DNA of 64,000 nt from Craspedostauros australis (Eukaryota): positions 1-64,000 of the forward strand of contig JALAGF010000143.1 of the NCBI GenBank assembly GCA_030167865.1. The letters are read 5' to 3'. Positions 9,151 to 20,732 of this stretch are shown in pieces (the first letter of the stretch is position 1; each line of letters opens with the position of its first letter). The translations under genes and the position numbers were made by a program. The notes below the pieces were generated by a model, which saw only the letters and a program-made list of their open reading frames with translations, was not told the origin of the DNA and searched no databases.

Positions 9151-10959
9151 ATGACCCTGCAGGAACCGACGGCGGCAACGACGGCGACGACGACGCAGCA
9201 AGTCAAGGAACTTCACATCGCACCGATGATCCGCTTTTCGGATCGCGACTTCCGCGCATTCCTTCGCATCTTGAGCAAGCGATGCGTGCTGTGGACGGAG
9301 ATGATGGCGGACAACACCGTGATACACATGGGAGCCGAACGTCGCGATGCGATGCTGGGGTTGGAAGATCACAATCATCCCGTCGTCGTGCAAATTGGCG
9401 GCAACGATGTGGACAAGGCCGCTGTGGCAACACGCATCCTGCAGGGCTACGGGTACGACGAAGTCAACCTGAACTGCGGCTGTCCATCGGAGAGGGTGGC
9501 CAAAAAGAATGATTTCGGCGCGGCCTTGATGAAGCGGCCTTTGCGGATGGCGCAGATCGCGCAGTCCATGTCGGACGTTGTGCATTCCGGACAGCAGGTC
9601 GGTGATGACGAACGTGATAGTAGAGGCGATGACACAGATGCGAGAGCAATGGAAGAACAGTTGAAGGGGCTCTGCATGGAGGAGGATCAAATCGGTATGA
9701 CTTCTGGCGCGCAACAAATACAGCAGCAACAGGCAGAATCAGAGGAGAGGCAGATGGCGAAATGCAGCGCGCAAAACAAACTGCCCAAGATCTCCATCAA
9801 GATGAGGATCGGCGTCGATGACGATGACAGCTCGGAATTCCTGCGGGAGATGATCCAGACCGTCGTGGAACAGTGCGATTGCCGGCGGTTCTTCATGCAC
9901 GCGCGCAAGGTGCATCTCAGAGGATTGAATGCCAAGCAGAATCGAACAGTCCCGCCGTTGAACTACGCCCGCGTCTTTGAAATGTGCCGGCTGTTCCCGC
10001 AGGCTGATTTCTGGCTCAACGGTGGCGTGTTGACATTGCGAGAGGCAAAGATACTGGCGTACGGCATGGGCGTCGTGCGGGACAAGGAGGCGCGGGCGTC
10101 TAAACGGTTGATCAAGGTCGCCCGTATTTGTGACTTGGTCGATGCGGAGGGGAAGGTCAAGTACGCTGTGATGGATGCCGACAGGGAAGACGAGAAGAAG
10201 CAGAACGACGACGCGAGGTCCCGCTGTGGCAATCCACAATCGGCCGGATTCGCGGTTGTAGCTTCCTTCTCGCCATCGGACGCATGCGCCCCTTTCTCAG
10301 ATTCGACAATGACGCAACCGCTCCACGTCGCGCCGCCCAACCTGCGCGGCTGCATGCTGGGACGCGCCGCACTCAACAACGTGGCCATGTTCGCAGATGC
10401 CGATCGGTACTTCTACGAGGACCCCGCAGGCAACCCGTGTCACAACCGTCGCCAAGCCTTGGAGCAGTACTGCGAGTATCTCGAACTCAACTATCCGCGA
10501 CGGTGCTGCGATGCGGACCTGCGCGTGACGTCCAAATTCCCACCGCCCAGCGGCATCCAATGTGTTGCGCCGCACTGCGACGTGTGCGAACCCATCTACG
10601 GCAAGCTGCCAACGCGAGACTACGATGCGTCTGCAGACGTCGACACAACTTGCACCAAATCATCAGATCCAGGTACGGCCGCTGCGACCAACCCGTCCTA
10701 CAGGGTGCAGGAAGCCTTCCGCGTCGAGTCCAACGACGATCCCAAGATCGCAGGTCGCATCGCCGCCAACGCCCTGAAGCCGACTTTGAGTCTGTTTGCC
10801 GGCCTGCCCTGCAACAAGCAGTTTCGTCACGTTTGTGAACGCTTGCTCCGTGACGAGACCATTCGGAACTGCGGTCCAGCTCACATGCTGCGGTTGGCGA
10901 TGCAGGAACTCCCCGATGTGTATCTGGACTTGGAGTTTGGTGTTGTCGTGAGGCGATGA
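9151..10959 (+). CDS. dusA: tRNA-dihydrouridine synthase, DusA-type
   Basis: LHIAPM..SDRDFRAFLRILSKRCVLWTEM, VNLNCGCPSERV (catalytic Cys), KMRIGVDD, HARKVHLRGLNAKQNRTVPPLNY, NGGV, GCMLGRAA. First ATG at 9151. Confidence 0.9.
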   Translation: MTLQEPTAATTATTTQQVKELHIAPMIRFSDRDFRAFLRILSKRCVLWTEMMADNTVIHMGAERRDAMLGLEDHNHPVVVQIGGNDVDKAAVATRILQGYGYDEVNLNCGCPSERVAKKNDFGAALMKRPLRMAQIAQSMSDVVHSGQQVGDDERDSRGDDTDARAMEEQLKGLCMEEDQIGMTSGAQQIQQQQAESEERQMAKCSAQNKLPKISIKMRIGVDDDDSSEFLREMIQTVVEQCDCRRFFMHARKVHLRGLNAKQNRTVPPLNYARVFEMCRLFPQADFWLNGGVLTLREAKILAYGMGVVRDKEARASKRLIKVARICDLVDAEGKVKYAVMDADREDEKKQNDDARSRCGNPQSAGFAVVASFSPSDACAPFSDSTMTQPLHVAPPNLRGCMLGRAALNNVAMFADADRYFYEDPAGNPCHNRRQALEQYCEYLELNYPRRCCDADLRVTSKFPPPSGIQCVAPHCDVCEPIYGKLPTRDYDASADVDTTCTKSSDPGTAAATNPSYRVQEAFRVESNDDPKIAGRIAANALKPTLSLFAGLPCNKQFRHVCERLLRDETIRNCGPAHMLRLAMQELPDVYLDLEFGVVVRR

Positions 10960-11120
10960 CTTCTTCTTGTTTTGGCGTTCGAAGTCTCTGTACGATCTAG
11001 ACATAACACGAAGTCTATGATTGGATGTGATTCGTTGGACTACATGAGAACGTGGAACAGAAATTGTACAAACTTGATGCCGAGATGTCGAAAGAGTGAA
11101 CAACAAGGAAAAACAACGCG

Positions 11121-13675
11121 ATGAAACCAACGCAACAAATACAAGACGCAACGGAAGTGAACGGCACAACACGCGCACATGTGTACGTACATACAACTGC
11201 GACAACAAGCTGCACAAAGAAGATGAAGATGATCCCCACCTTTCACCCAACCACAAGCACAACCAGATCAACAACGATGGGGATGACGATGACGGCGACA
11301 ACAGGGACGACGAAGGCATCAAGCAGGACCGACGACCGAATGAGTGGATCTCCCACAATCTGCTCTCCCAAACATGGTGCCTTCGAACATAAGCGCACGA
11401 GCGAACGTGACGATGGTGACGAATCAGACGAAGATGTGCAGACGGAGGAGGAGGAAGAGGGACAACACGAGGAGCAAGAGGAAGTGCACGGGGAATGCAT
11501 TGGCGGAAATCGTGGAGAACAAGACATTTCGGCCACAGCCTCAGCCCTGGTGATCGCCGCGTCGGACAAGGCCGGGATGGACAACATCGACCGATCGCGC
11601 ATCGATGCCATCATTCTGCGCGAGTCTGGCAATTCCAAGTACATCCTGCAGCAACGCAAACGGGACGAGCAGGTCAATCGTCGCATCCGCAAGCTCTTGC
11701 AACGCAAGGCCCAGATCACGCCTGCGGAATTGCGACGCGTGGAGGACGAGTTGCAACCGCACGTGGATCGATTGCAGAAGACCCGCTGTGCGAGATCGTC
11801 CAAGGTGGTGGTGGATATGGACATGTTCTACATGGCGTGTGAGCTGCTGTCGAGGTGAGCGAGCGAACAAGTGGATGAAGGAGTGACGCGATTGCAAAGG
11901 GGTTGCGATCGTACAGGTATCATCAGTGTGTCTGTATTCGCCGACGTACAAATCATGAATATATATGTATTATATTATACTATACAATGTACTCACAGAC
12001 CCAGCGCAATACCATACTCGTACTTCGCTTTGCCGTCACCGTCGATGATACACAAACGCACGAATGTAGACCCGAGCTGGATTCCAAACCATGCTGCGTT
12101 GGCAGCGGAATGCTCCTCACATCGAACTATACTGCGAGGCGCTACGGTGTGCGATCCGCCATGGCGGGATGGATCGGCGACAAGCTCGTGGAGGAACTCA
12201 GCGATGGCAAGGAGCGCTTGATCCATGTGCCGGCCAACTTCCCGCTCTACAAACAGAAATCGGAGATCGTCACGAGTATCATGGCTCAGTTCGATCCCAA
12301 CATGAAGTCGTACTCATTGGACGAAGCGTACTTGGATATCGGCCCGTACGTTGCTCTCTATCTGGATGGTCATGCACATGAAGATATCGCGCGCCAACTG
12401 CAACAGCAACAGCAACAAACGAAGAAGCCCGTTGAACCAATGCCCTCAAACCAAACTCGCTCTGATACCTCACAAGCCAGCAACCGCGGCTCTACTGCAA
12501 GCACACACGCAGGTGCAACTATTAAGACAACAGACTGCGACCTACATCCCCTCTCTCGGTTCCCGCAAAACATCGCTCTCCAAGCAGCATCGGAAGTGGT
12601 CCGAGACATGCGCAAACGTGTGCAGATCGCAACCGGCGGCCTCACCTGCTCGGCCGGATTGGCGCCCAACACCATGCTCGCAAAGATCGCCAGCGACCGC
12701 AACAAACCGAACGGCCAATGTGTCGTCAGTCCCGACAGCACAATCGCCTTCCTTCATCCGATGCCAACCAGAAAGGTCCCGGGCATTGGAAGGGTCACAG
12801 AAAAGATGCTGCGGGCTCTGCAGATCGAGACGGTGCAACAGCTCTACGCAAAACGGGCGCTGGTCCATTGTCTCTTTCACAATGCCACTCGCAAGTCCTT
12901 GCTGCGTGCCTCGCTGGCCATTGCAAGTCATGAAGTGGGATCGGAAGATCAAGGCTGTGTCACGAATGGCAGCCACGATGAGGGGAGCAGTCGCAAAGGC
13001 ATCTCGAAGGAGCGCACCTTTTCTTCAGGCAAGTCGTGGACGGATATTCTCATCAAGCTCGAAGACATCACGCAATCGCTGAGCCAAGCGATGAAGCAGA
13101 AGGATCTATGGGCGCAGACCATCACGCTCAAGGTCAAGCTGCACACCTTCGATGTGCTGAGCAAATGCAGGACGGTGCCGATCGCCATGCAGGATGCGAA
13201 GGACATTGTGCCGATCGTTGTGGATCTGCTATCTGTTCTGCGACAGCAGCAGACGAAGAAGCACGCAAGCACTTTCGAGCTTCGATTATTGGGTGTTCGA
13301 TGCTCGAACTTTCGACATCCAAAGCAGCAACCCGCAACCATTCAACGCTTCTTCGCAAAGGGATGCAAAACGCAAAGCATGGGTATGAGCAGCGGAGGTG
13401 GGAGCCTTCGGAAGCGTGGCACGGTAGCGTCTACAGTGCCAACGCAAGCGCCAATACAGCAGCCACGTCCCAGCGAGAATAACGACATTCGTGAGACCAG
13501 CTCCTGCCCCATCTGCCACAAAGCATTGCACTCCATGAACAACGCGCAAATCAATCGTCACATCGACGATTGCCTCGGGAATGAATGCACAACGCTTCAA
13601 ACAAATGAGAGGAACGGGACAAACAGCAAGAAGAGAAAACGGCAGCACATGACCGATTTCTTCGCAACTCTTTAA
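11121..13675 (+). CDS. POLK: Y-family DNA polymerase kappa (DinB-like), 2 exons
   Basis: Exon 1 about 11121-11854 (KAGMDNIDRSRIDAII N-clasp, VDMDMFY); intron 11855-12069 (GTGAGC...TAG); exon 2 12070-13675 (TSNYTARRYGVRSAM, SLDEAYLD, AKIASDRNKPNG, VPGIGRV, ISKERTF, C-terminal CPIC...HIDDC UBZ finger). Splice keeps frame (...LLSR/PELD...). Start codon uncertain. Confidence 0.92.
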
Positions 13676-13799
13676 AGTGCACGCGAGTAGACTGGATATC
13701 TTTCTTCCATTCCTGCCATGGCGTCAGAAAAAGTATATGGTAGATCTCTCTATTTGTAGTATTATGTAACACTTCATTCTGAGTACTCCGCCTGTGGAT

Positions 13800-16265
13800 T
13801 TATTGGTGGATGGATTTTGCGCGCCGCAATCGATTCAACGATGCAGCTATCTCCAGTTTGCGTGGACGAGCCATGCCACCATTGCATTCGGTGGGCGCCA
13901 GAACATTCAGACCATTCGTATCCATGGAAGCATCGAGCTGATCCACGACGTCCCGGATGGCATTGGCAGACGAAGTCTTGGCCAATGTTTGCAACGCCTT
14001 CGAGATGGCGACGGTCTGCGCCTTGGTGACGATCTGTTCCACGGAGGATAAGTCCAACTCTGTGTCGCTGTACGAGATCGTGTTTCGATTGAGGACCTTG
14101 ACCTTCCCGTTTGCATCCAATTGCGATACGTCGACGATGCGCTGCTTGGTCTTGTGGTATTTGACGTTGTGCTGTTGCTCCTGCGGTTGCGCGTCATCTG
14201 CTGCTTTGCGCTTGCTCTGCTGCACGATTTCTTTGGCGCGTTGCGTGACGTCCTGACAGTGATACGAATCCATCATGAGGACGGTGTCAGCAACATCGAA
14301 GTAGTCGCCGACACCACCGATTGCGAGGATGGAGCTGACTTTGAAGTCATCATGGAGCGATCGCACGGTGTGGATGAAGGGCGTGATGGGTTCCTTGTTG
14401 GGTGCGACGAGCTGCATCATCTTGTCGTCACGGATCATGAAGTTGGTGGCGCACGTGTCTTCATCCATCAGCAGGACGTCGGCGCCGAGCTCGACAGACT
14501 GGATGATCGACAGTCGGCAGTGGACAGCGTCATGGGAAGATCGATGAAGTAGAGTTGCGAGCGAACGGCATGCAGCATATGTCAGTGTGAGCACTCGCGC
14601 TTGTATCGAATTGAAGGCCATCAATGCGACGGCATGAAGAGGAATTCGAGTTGTATCCAGACCCAACAAACGCCGCATTCACCCCGCACTCGTAGATAGA
14701 AGACACAAGAGTGCATCCATGAAACGCCTGGCACAGAAGCAAGATACAGCATCCTCCGGAACCCATTTGCTTACCTCAACGATGCTGGCTGCCTGGCTGG
14801 TACTTCCGCTGGCGTCTGGTGTGGAGAAGTTGGTGGTGTCCTTTTGGAAAGGAAGGTTGGTGATGAAGGGCGAGATGTCCACCGCCTGGATGTACCGTCC
14901 ATCCTCCGAACGGATCTTGTAGGTTTCGGGAGACATGACGCAGTACTCTCGGCCATCGCCTGGTATCTTGGGATAGATGCCCAGCTGCAAGGTCTGCAAC
15001 AGGGTGGACTTGCCATGAAAGCCGCCACCGCAGATCAGAGTGATGCCAGCTGGAATGCCCATGCCCTCGATCGTGACTTTGGAATTGGGCAGCGTGAAGG
15101 ATGCCTTCAACGAGTCCGGGGTCTGGAATGGAACCGCCTTGGAAGGTGGCATCAACGGGCGGTCGTCGACACCCGACTGCCTCGGAAGGATGGCTCCGTT
15201 CTTGACAAAGCCGACGAGGTTGTTGGACTTGAGCTGTTGTTGCAGCCACACCTGATCTTCGACGGACTCGACGAAGTTCTGGAGACGGTTGCGGTCGTGG
15301 CAGGAATACTGCAGGGTGTCCCACACCAACGACGGCAGAGTGGAGCACAGGATGGTATCGGCCTCACGACCCAGGATGGTCCTGCCTCTCGCGGGCAGCC
15401 CAACGGAGAATTGGACGACGAGCTTCCCATCATTCTGCATCTGCACCGCGCTTTGCTGCAAGACATGCTGGCACGGTTCCAGGATCTGGATGTTCCCACC
15501 CTTTGGACCACTCCAACCGCCGCCGCCACCACGACCACCTCGTCCACCGCCGCCGCCACTGTTGAGCGCCCGATCCGCTCCAAGATGCTGACACTTGCTG
15601 TGGATCGATCGCAGAAGGTAGTCCGACAATGCCATGGCGCGGACCGGGTTGTTGCGAAAGAGCTGAGATGGAAAGTCCGTCACGGGAATCACGACGCGAC
15701 ACCGCGTGGGCGCGGCGAACGGATCGCTCTGCGCACGTTCCACGTAGAAATGGAATCCGGGCGATGGAAAGGACCAACCGTTGCCATTCAATGGCGTGTC
15801 GAGATCGTGGTAGGCTCCGTACGATTGAGAATCTAGGTTGCGCAAGAGATTGCGCAGATCTTCGAAGGAGCCGCCGCCGCGACTGTTGTTGTAGGAATCA
15901 TTGTCACGCCGCTGATACCCGCCTCCTCTTCCGCCACGGCCTCTGCCACGGCCACCACCACCGCGGCCTCCACCTCGTCCGCCGCCGCCGCGTCCGTATT
16001 TGTTCTTGTAGTACTCTCCGCGTCCCATCGTCCTGCTCTTCTTGGAGTCTCTATTATCGTTGCCGTTGCTATTGTCGCTGCTGTCACCGTTGTTGCTGGT
16101 GCTGACGAAGAGCGCAGTGGATCGATGTTGCGACGAGGCAATGAACGCGCTGCGAGCCGACGAATGCGCAAGTCTCGTTGTGGAACGTTGCCACGATGTA
16201 GCGCAATGGGGCAATGCAATCAACGTCACGACTTGAAGAGAGCGAAGGAGGATGGTGGTTGGCAT
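13800..16265 (-). CDS. ABC-class P-loop ATPase (COG3044 / MRB1590-like) with RGG-rich N-terminal region, 2 exons
   Basis: Exon 1 16265-14775; intron 14774-14499 (GTAAGC...CCAG); exon 2 14498-13800. Motifs QSDPFAAP, GLPARGRTI, GAILPRQSG, Walker A GGGFHGKST, ASGSTSQAAS, LLMDEDTCATNFMIRD, GDYFDVAD, PRKLEIAASLNRLR. Confidence 0.88.
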
Positions 16266-16280
16266 GGAGACAAGGTGTTA

Positions 16281-16307
16281 TGTGATGTGATGTGATGTGA
16301 TGTGATG
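16281..16307. repeat. (TGTGA)n pentanucleotide microsatellite just upstream of the ATPase start codon
   Basis: tgtgatgtgatgtgatgtgatgtgatg seen directly; reads (CATCA)n on the coding strand. Confidence 0.85.
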
Positions 16308-16917
16308 CTGCTGGTGCTGGTAACAGTGTACATCATGGCATTCCAATGCAATAGTGCGCACTCTGTGGCAATGCGTCAGTGGATCGTACGACGCAAGGAG
16401 ACAACAACACATGTTACAGGATAGCAACTCGTCCTCATCGAGAAGAAAGATACGATTCTGTGGTCGTTGGATCCTGTGCACGTATCCAACCGACGAAGGC
16501 AAGACGTTTCCAATCTTGTCCCGAGTGGTCGAGATTCGTCACGAAATGATTTGCGGATCGTGTTGGAGTTTGACACGGTGCACAAAATCGAAGAAAGAAG
16601 AACACAATCGTGTTCCCAAAACCGACAGCAACGACCAAGACCCGCGACAGCGTGGAAGGACACAACATCCCTCCGACACTTGCGGATTTCATCGCAACCA
16701 TGCCAATGCTGACTCGATCACAAGAAGCAATGGCCCAATCGACTCTGGGGAGTATGTAACTTCTCCACGATGCTCCACTGCCTCTTTCCAGAGAGCGATG
16801 CTCGACTCTTGATCCAGTCAACCACAAAACAAGAGCGCATCACAACAGACAAGTGAGATCACCAGCAGCACCACAGCACCATAGCATCATTGTCATCAAC
16901 AACAGCAATCACTTAAC

Positions 16918-17763
16918 ATGAGCCTGGACACAGAAATGGACATGAACATGGACAGCCAGATGTCGATCGGCACAACCGGAATTGATGCGGCTACGTCTGC
17001 AAAATTGCCACCGACCGAGTTCTCGTTGCTCAAGACCACACCAGGTTTTCAGGAACTCAAGATGAGCGTCCTCCGCGCCGACAATGCAACTAATTTCGAG
17101 ATCTTCACAAAACGGATGAAGGAACTGCATCGCGATGACGAAACTTTCAAGACGGCATTCGACGATGTGGTCGCGCTCGCGAAGAAGAACAAGGAGCTCC
17201 GACACTGGGGATCCATGCCCATCATTGTGTTCAAGAGGTTCTTCAATGCCATCAAACTTGCGCAGCTGTTCGAGAAGTCCACGTTCTGGGACAGAGAATT
17301 GGAAGACTCGGTGGTGGAGAAGAGCGTGATGGAAATGCTGCGAAACGGCAATCTAACCAACGAAGAACAGCAAGACATCGTGGACGAGACCACGGCGGCC
17401 AGAAAGATTGCAATCGAGACCGCGGATGATGACAAACACGCAGATCCTGCCAACCTCTTGCTGAAATGGGCAGTTGACACTGCTGTCGGACTTCGATCAT
17501 TGAATTTGATGATCAGATGGCTCACCGACCCAGACAATGTCAAGATCGTTTGCTTCGCCAAGTCAGTGCCTGCCAACGAGGGCACGATCAATGATCTCGC
17601 TCCATTGATCACTGCACGGCCAGAGAGTGACGAAAATGCTCCTCCGACCGTGTATTCGTATGTTCCAGAGACGTCCATGTGTGGTAATGTCAACGTCGGC
17701 GGCGAAAACAAACGAAGAAAACTGGTGAATAGATCACCTCAAACCGATCTCCAAGTACCCTGA
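16918..17763 (+). CDS. Hypothetical protein (281 aa), possible C-terminal NLS
   Basis: Intronless ORF with coding-like composition, preceded by a CA-rich leader like those of other genes here. KRRK near the C-terminus. No recognisable domain. Confidence 0.65.
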   Translation: MSLDTEMDMNMDSQMSIGTTGIDAATSAKLPPTEFSLLKTTPGFQELKMSVLRADNATNFEIFTKRMKELHRDDETFKTAFDDVVALAKKNKELRHWGSMPIIVFKRFFNAIKLAQLFEKSTFWDRELEDSVVEKSVMEMLRNGNLTNEEQQDIVDETTAARKIAIETADDDKHADPANLLLKWAVDTAVGLRSLNLMIRWLTDPDNVKIVCFAKSVPANEGTINDLAPLITARPESDENAPPTVYSYVPETSMCGNVNVGGENKRRKLVNRSPQTDLQVP

Positions 17764-18153
17764 AGTACTAGAGTACGAATCATAAGCCATCACTTCCATA
17801 CACAGGAGAAGGGAGAGATGAATCGTCTATCATGCTTCGCTCCGCACCATCGAATCATAGCACTCCCTTCTATTCTATTACGTTGTACATAGTGTACTTT
17901 CCTCGCCTTTACGATGGTTCATCATTTCCTCGTACTTCACTGTCTGGCTCATTGAATGTTGTTGGACATTGATGCATGAGCTTGGTGTGGTTCAATCGAT
18001 TCCATATGTGATGATCTACACACTGTGGAAGGCGCGTAATTCCAGTGGATTGCCTTCCAATTGTAACATCTACAATACTATTTCATTCATTACATTCTAC
18101 AAGTATTCATCCATATGCATGCACATGACCAACTTTACTCGACACTGCTCACT

Positions 18154-20106
18154 CTAATCCACCTTGAGCGTGCCGTAGATCTTGCGCATGAACCACAACG
18201 ATGTGAGGACGCCAACGGCACCGAGCACCAACAGCATGGAGATGCTGATGAGGAACATGTAGCCGAAGTAGAGGAAGTAGGTGATGAGCATCCCGGATGC
18301 ATTCAGCGATCGGAAATAGAACACACTGTACAGGAAGATGTACAGCGCGGTGGATCCTGGCGCGAAGAAGGCGAGCCACCACCATCGATGATTCTCGGCA
18401 TGAAGCTGGGAGTACACCACCAGCATGGTGACCACGGCGCATGTCAAGATGAGGATGAGGTACACGATGAGGGTGAATCCGAAGACGTAGTAGTACTGGT
18501 CCATCCACAGGCTGGACATGATGAAGAAGAGCTCGACGTAGGCGGCGGCGAATGGCATGATCCCGGCCACGAAAATTCCGTGGGTTGGGTTGAAGACTGG
18601 CCGCGGTGGCGGAATGGCACGTGCGACGGTGGACGTGACGGTTGGGAACTCGATGGCATCCTTCTTGTATCCGAAGTATGCCCCGAGGAAGACGAGCGGC
18701 ATGGAGACTCCGCACCAGAGCAAGGCGAGGACGGCGATTGTCACGACCGGCACTGAAGCGGTGGAGTGAAGGAAGAAGAGGATGACGTTGAAGACGAGGA
18801 AGATGGAGAATGCAGTACCTGGAAAGACGGTGGCCGTGAGGACGGTACAGCGCTGGCGGTCGCTGCCTCCGAATGACTGGTAGAGACGGCTGCTGACGTA
18901 TCCAGCCACGATGCCGCAGAACGCAAAGTAGACGAGGATGGCGGTGAAGAGGGATCCGCGTCTGGATGGATTGAGGATGCCTAAGGCGGAGAGGACGATG
19001 CAGATCAGGGCTGTCACTCCCAGCTGTGATCCGGTACCGACGAAGACGCAGTACAGCATTGGCCTGGTTTGTGGTGGGCGGAAGACGTCGGCGTGCAACA
19101 CCTTCCAACCGCTCTCGTGCGTCGCTTCGTCCATCGCTTTGTCAATGTCGCCAGCCTCAGTATTTTGGGAATCATTGTCATCACGCAAGTTTCGAACGAC
19201 GATGACGGCCATGATCACAAGGAAGATGATGATGGTGCTGATAGAGTTGGCGATGGAGTACCAGTGCACCTGTGATGGGACGAGGTTATCCTCTGAGAGG
19301 TAGACATTCCAACGCGAGGCCCACGCGACGGGGCTCTCCTTCCAGACGACGTCGTAGGTGAAGAGGATCTTCTGATTCTCTTCTACGATTTGGCCCTTCT
19401 GAACCCGGTCAGGACTCACGTGGGCGTTCGGCGTGCATGTCTCGAGGGGCTTGGTGAGCCCGCCCTCCTCCTTGCCATCCCATTCGTACCCTCCGGAGAA
19501 TGTGTGGGCGACACTGACCGGCTCCACGGAGAAGCCCACGACGCGGTAGGCCTTGATGGTTGGATCAGGCTGGTGGTAGTCGAGCTGGATGTTGACGTGG
19601 TTGAAGATGTAGGGATCCTTGGACTTGCGGTCGACGAAGCCGATGGGGAAGCCGCCGGAGAAGTGCTTCTTCTCGGTTCCGCTGATATCGCGCATGATGG
19701 AAGCGGAGGGGAGGTTGTCGATGATCCAGTTGTGATGGTAATCCTGCTTGATGTGCTTGACGATGCGCTTGACGTTGTCCTTGTAGAGCTCGACTTGGCA
19801 CAGCCTGCTGCAGTAGGACTTCTGGAGCATCTTGATCACGTACGGGCTGTTCCGGATCTTGTTGCCGGTGAGGAATTCTCCCAGGTTCTGGGAGGCCATC
19901 TTAACGCCTCCCTTGGGCTGGCAGAATGGGAGATGGTAGTAATCCATCGGCACCTGGGTACGGATGGATGTCAGTGAGTTCACCTTGAGATGCACCGGCT
20001 CGCCCTTCTTGAACTCCTCCGGCTGGACGCCTGGGATGTAGAAGGCCTGTGCGCATTGCGCCGCAGCGAGGGCAGCCAAGATCGCTCGCGTGAGTGAGGA
20101 CAGCAT
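18154..20106 (-). CDS. Transmembrane 9 superfamily (EMP70/TM9SF2/4-like) protein
   Basis: Signal peptide MLSSLTRAILAALAAAQCAQA-FYIPGV; VNSLTS, NLGEFLTG, WIIDNLP, HWYSIANS, ESGWKVLHADVFRPP, ENHRWWW; C-terminal KVD Golgi/COPI motif. Confidence 0.95.
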   Translation of the reverse strand: MLSSLTRAILAALAAAQCAQAFYIPGVQPEEFKKGEPVHLKVNSLTSIRTQVPMDYYHLPFCQPKGGVKMASQNLGEFLTGNKIRNSPYVIKMLQKSYCSRLCQVELYKDNVKRIVKHIKQDYHHNWIIDNLPSASIMRDISGTEKKHFSGGFPIGFVDRKSKDPYIFNHVNIQLDYHQPDPTIKAYRVVGFSVEPVSVAHTFSGGYEWDGKEEGGLTKPLETCTPNAHVSPDRVQKGQIVEENQKILFTYDVVWKESPVAWASRWNVYLSEDNLVPSQVHWYSIANSISTIIIFLVIMAVIVVRNLRDDNDSQNTEAGDIDKAMDEATHESGWKVLHADVFRPPQTRPMLYCVFVGTGSQLGVTALICIVLSALGILNPSRRGSLFTAILVYFAFCGIVAGYVSSRLYQSFGGSDRQRCTVLTATVFPGTAFSIFLVFNVILFFLHSTASVPVVTIAVLALLWCGVSMPLVFLGAYFGYKKDAIEFPTVTSTVARAIPPPRPVFNPTHGIFVAGIMPFAAAYVELFFIMSSLWMDQYYYVFGFTLIVYLILILTCAVVTMLVVYSQLHAENHRWWWLAFFAPGSTALYIFLYSVFYFRSLNASGMLITYFLYFGYMFLISISMLLVLGAVGVLTSLWFMRKIYGTLKVD

Positions 20107-20732
20107 GTTGCCTTGTTGCCTTGCTCCGCTTCTCTCTATGGTACTACTGCCGGGGACAGAGGTTGCTGTTGTATTATTGCTGTGCTTCTCTTGCTGGCAC
20201 CACTTGCAGACACTGCCATGCACAAGATTCCTATTCTTTTATGTGTCCCAAGAACAACAATGCACGGGTATTGATTCGGGGCTTCAACACCACGCCATAC
20301 GATCTATTACACCCGCCCATGGCCACCAGAGAGCTGCCTTTGTGCACGTTGCGCAGAATGCGAACAGCTTGTGCGAAGGCTCTGTACGCCAGAGCGCGTG
20401 GCGCCATCACAGACGTGGAAATTCTCGCCGCGCAAGAAACACGACTCGACTCGAGGGATCCAGAAGCCAAAGATTCATCCACAATTACGACTACCACGAT
20501 CGCGTGCAAGTCGAATCCAGAACCAACAAACAAACAGGACACTCTGGAAGAGATCGTCAACCACAAACCAAGGATCCACCAACAGTCGAAGGGGAACTTG
20601 CGGCCCTTGCGTACCAACAAAATCATAATAGCATTGGAGCACACTTTCTGCGGCTGCGTTTCTTCACCTCCCGCAATGATCGTACATTCTGCATTCGACA
20701 ATGCCATGTGATACAGCGCCACTGGTTTGGAC

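Noticed and set aside
20094-20732. In-frame TGA (20709-20711) between ORF 20094..20711 and the 2OG oxygenase, considered as a second Sec/read-through site
   Set aside because: No redox or Cys-type motif context, and the TGA lies just before an acceptor-like TACAG, so it is more likely intronic or UTR sequence.
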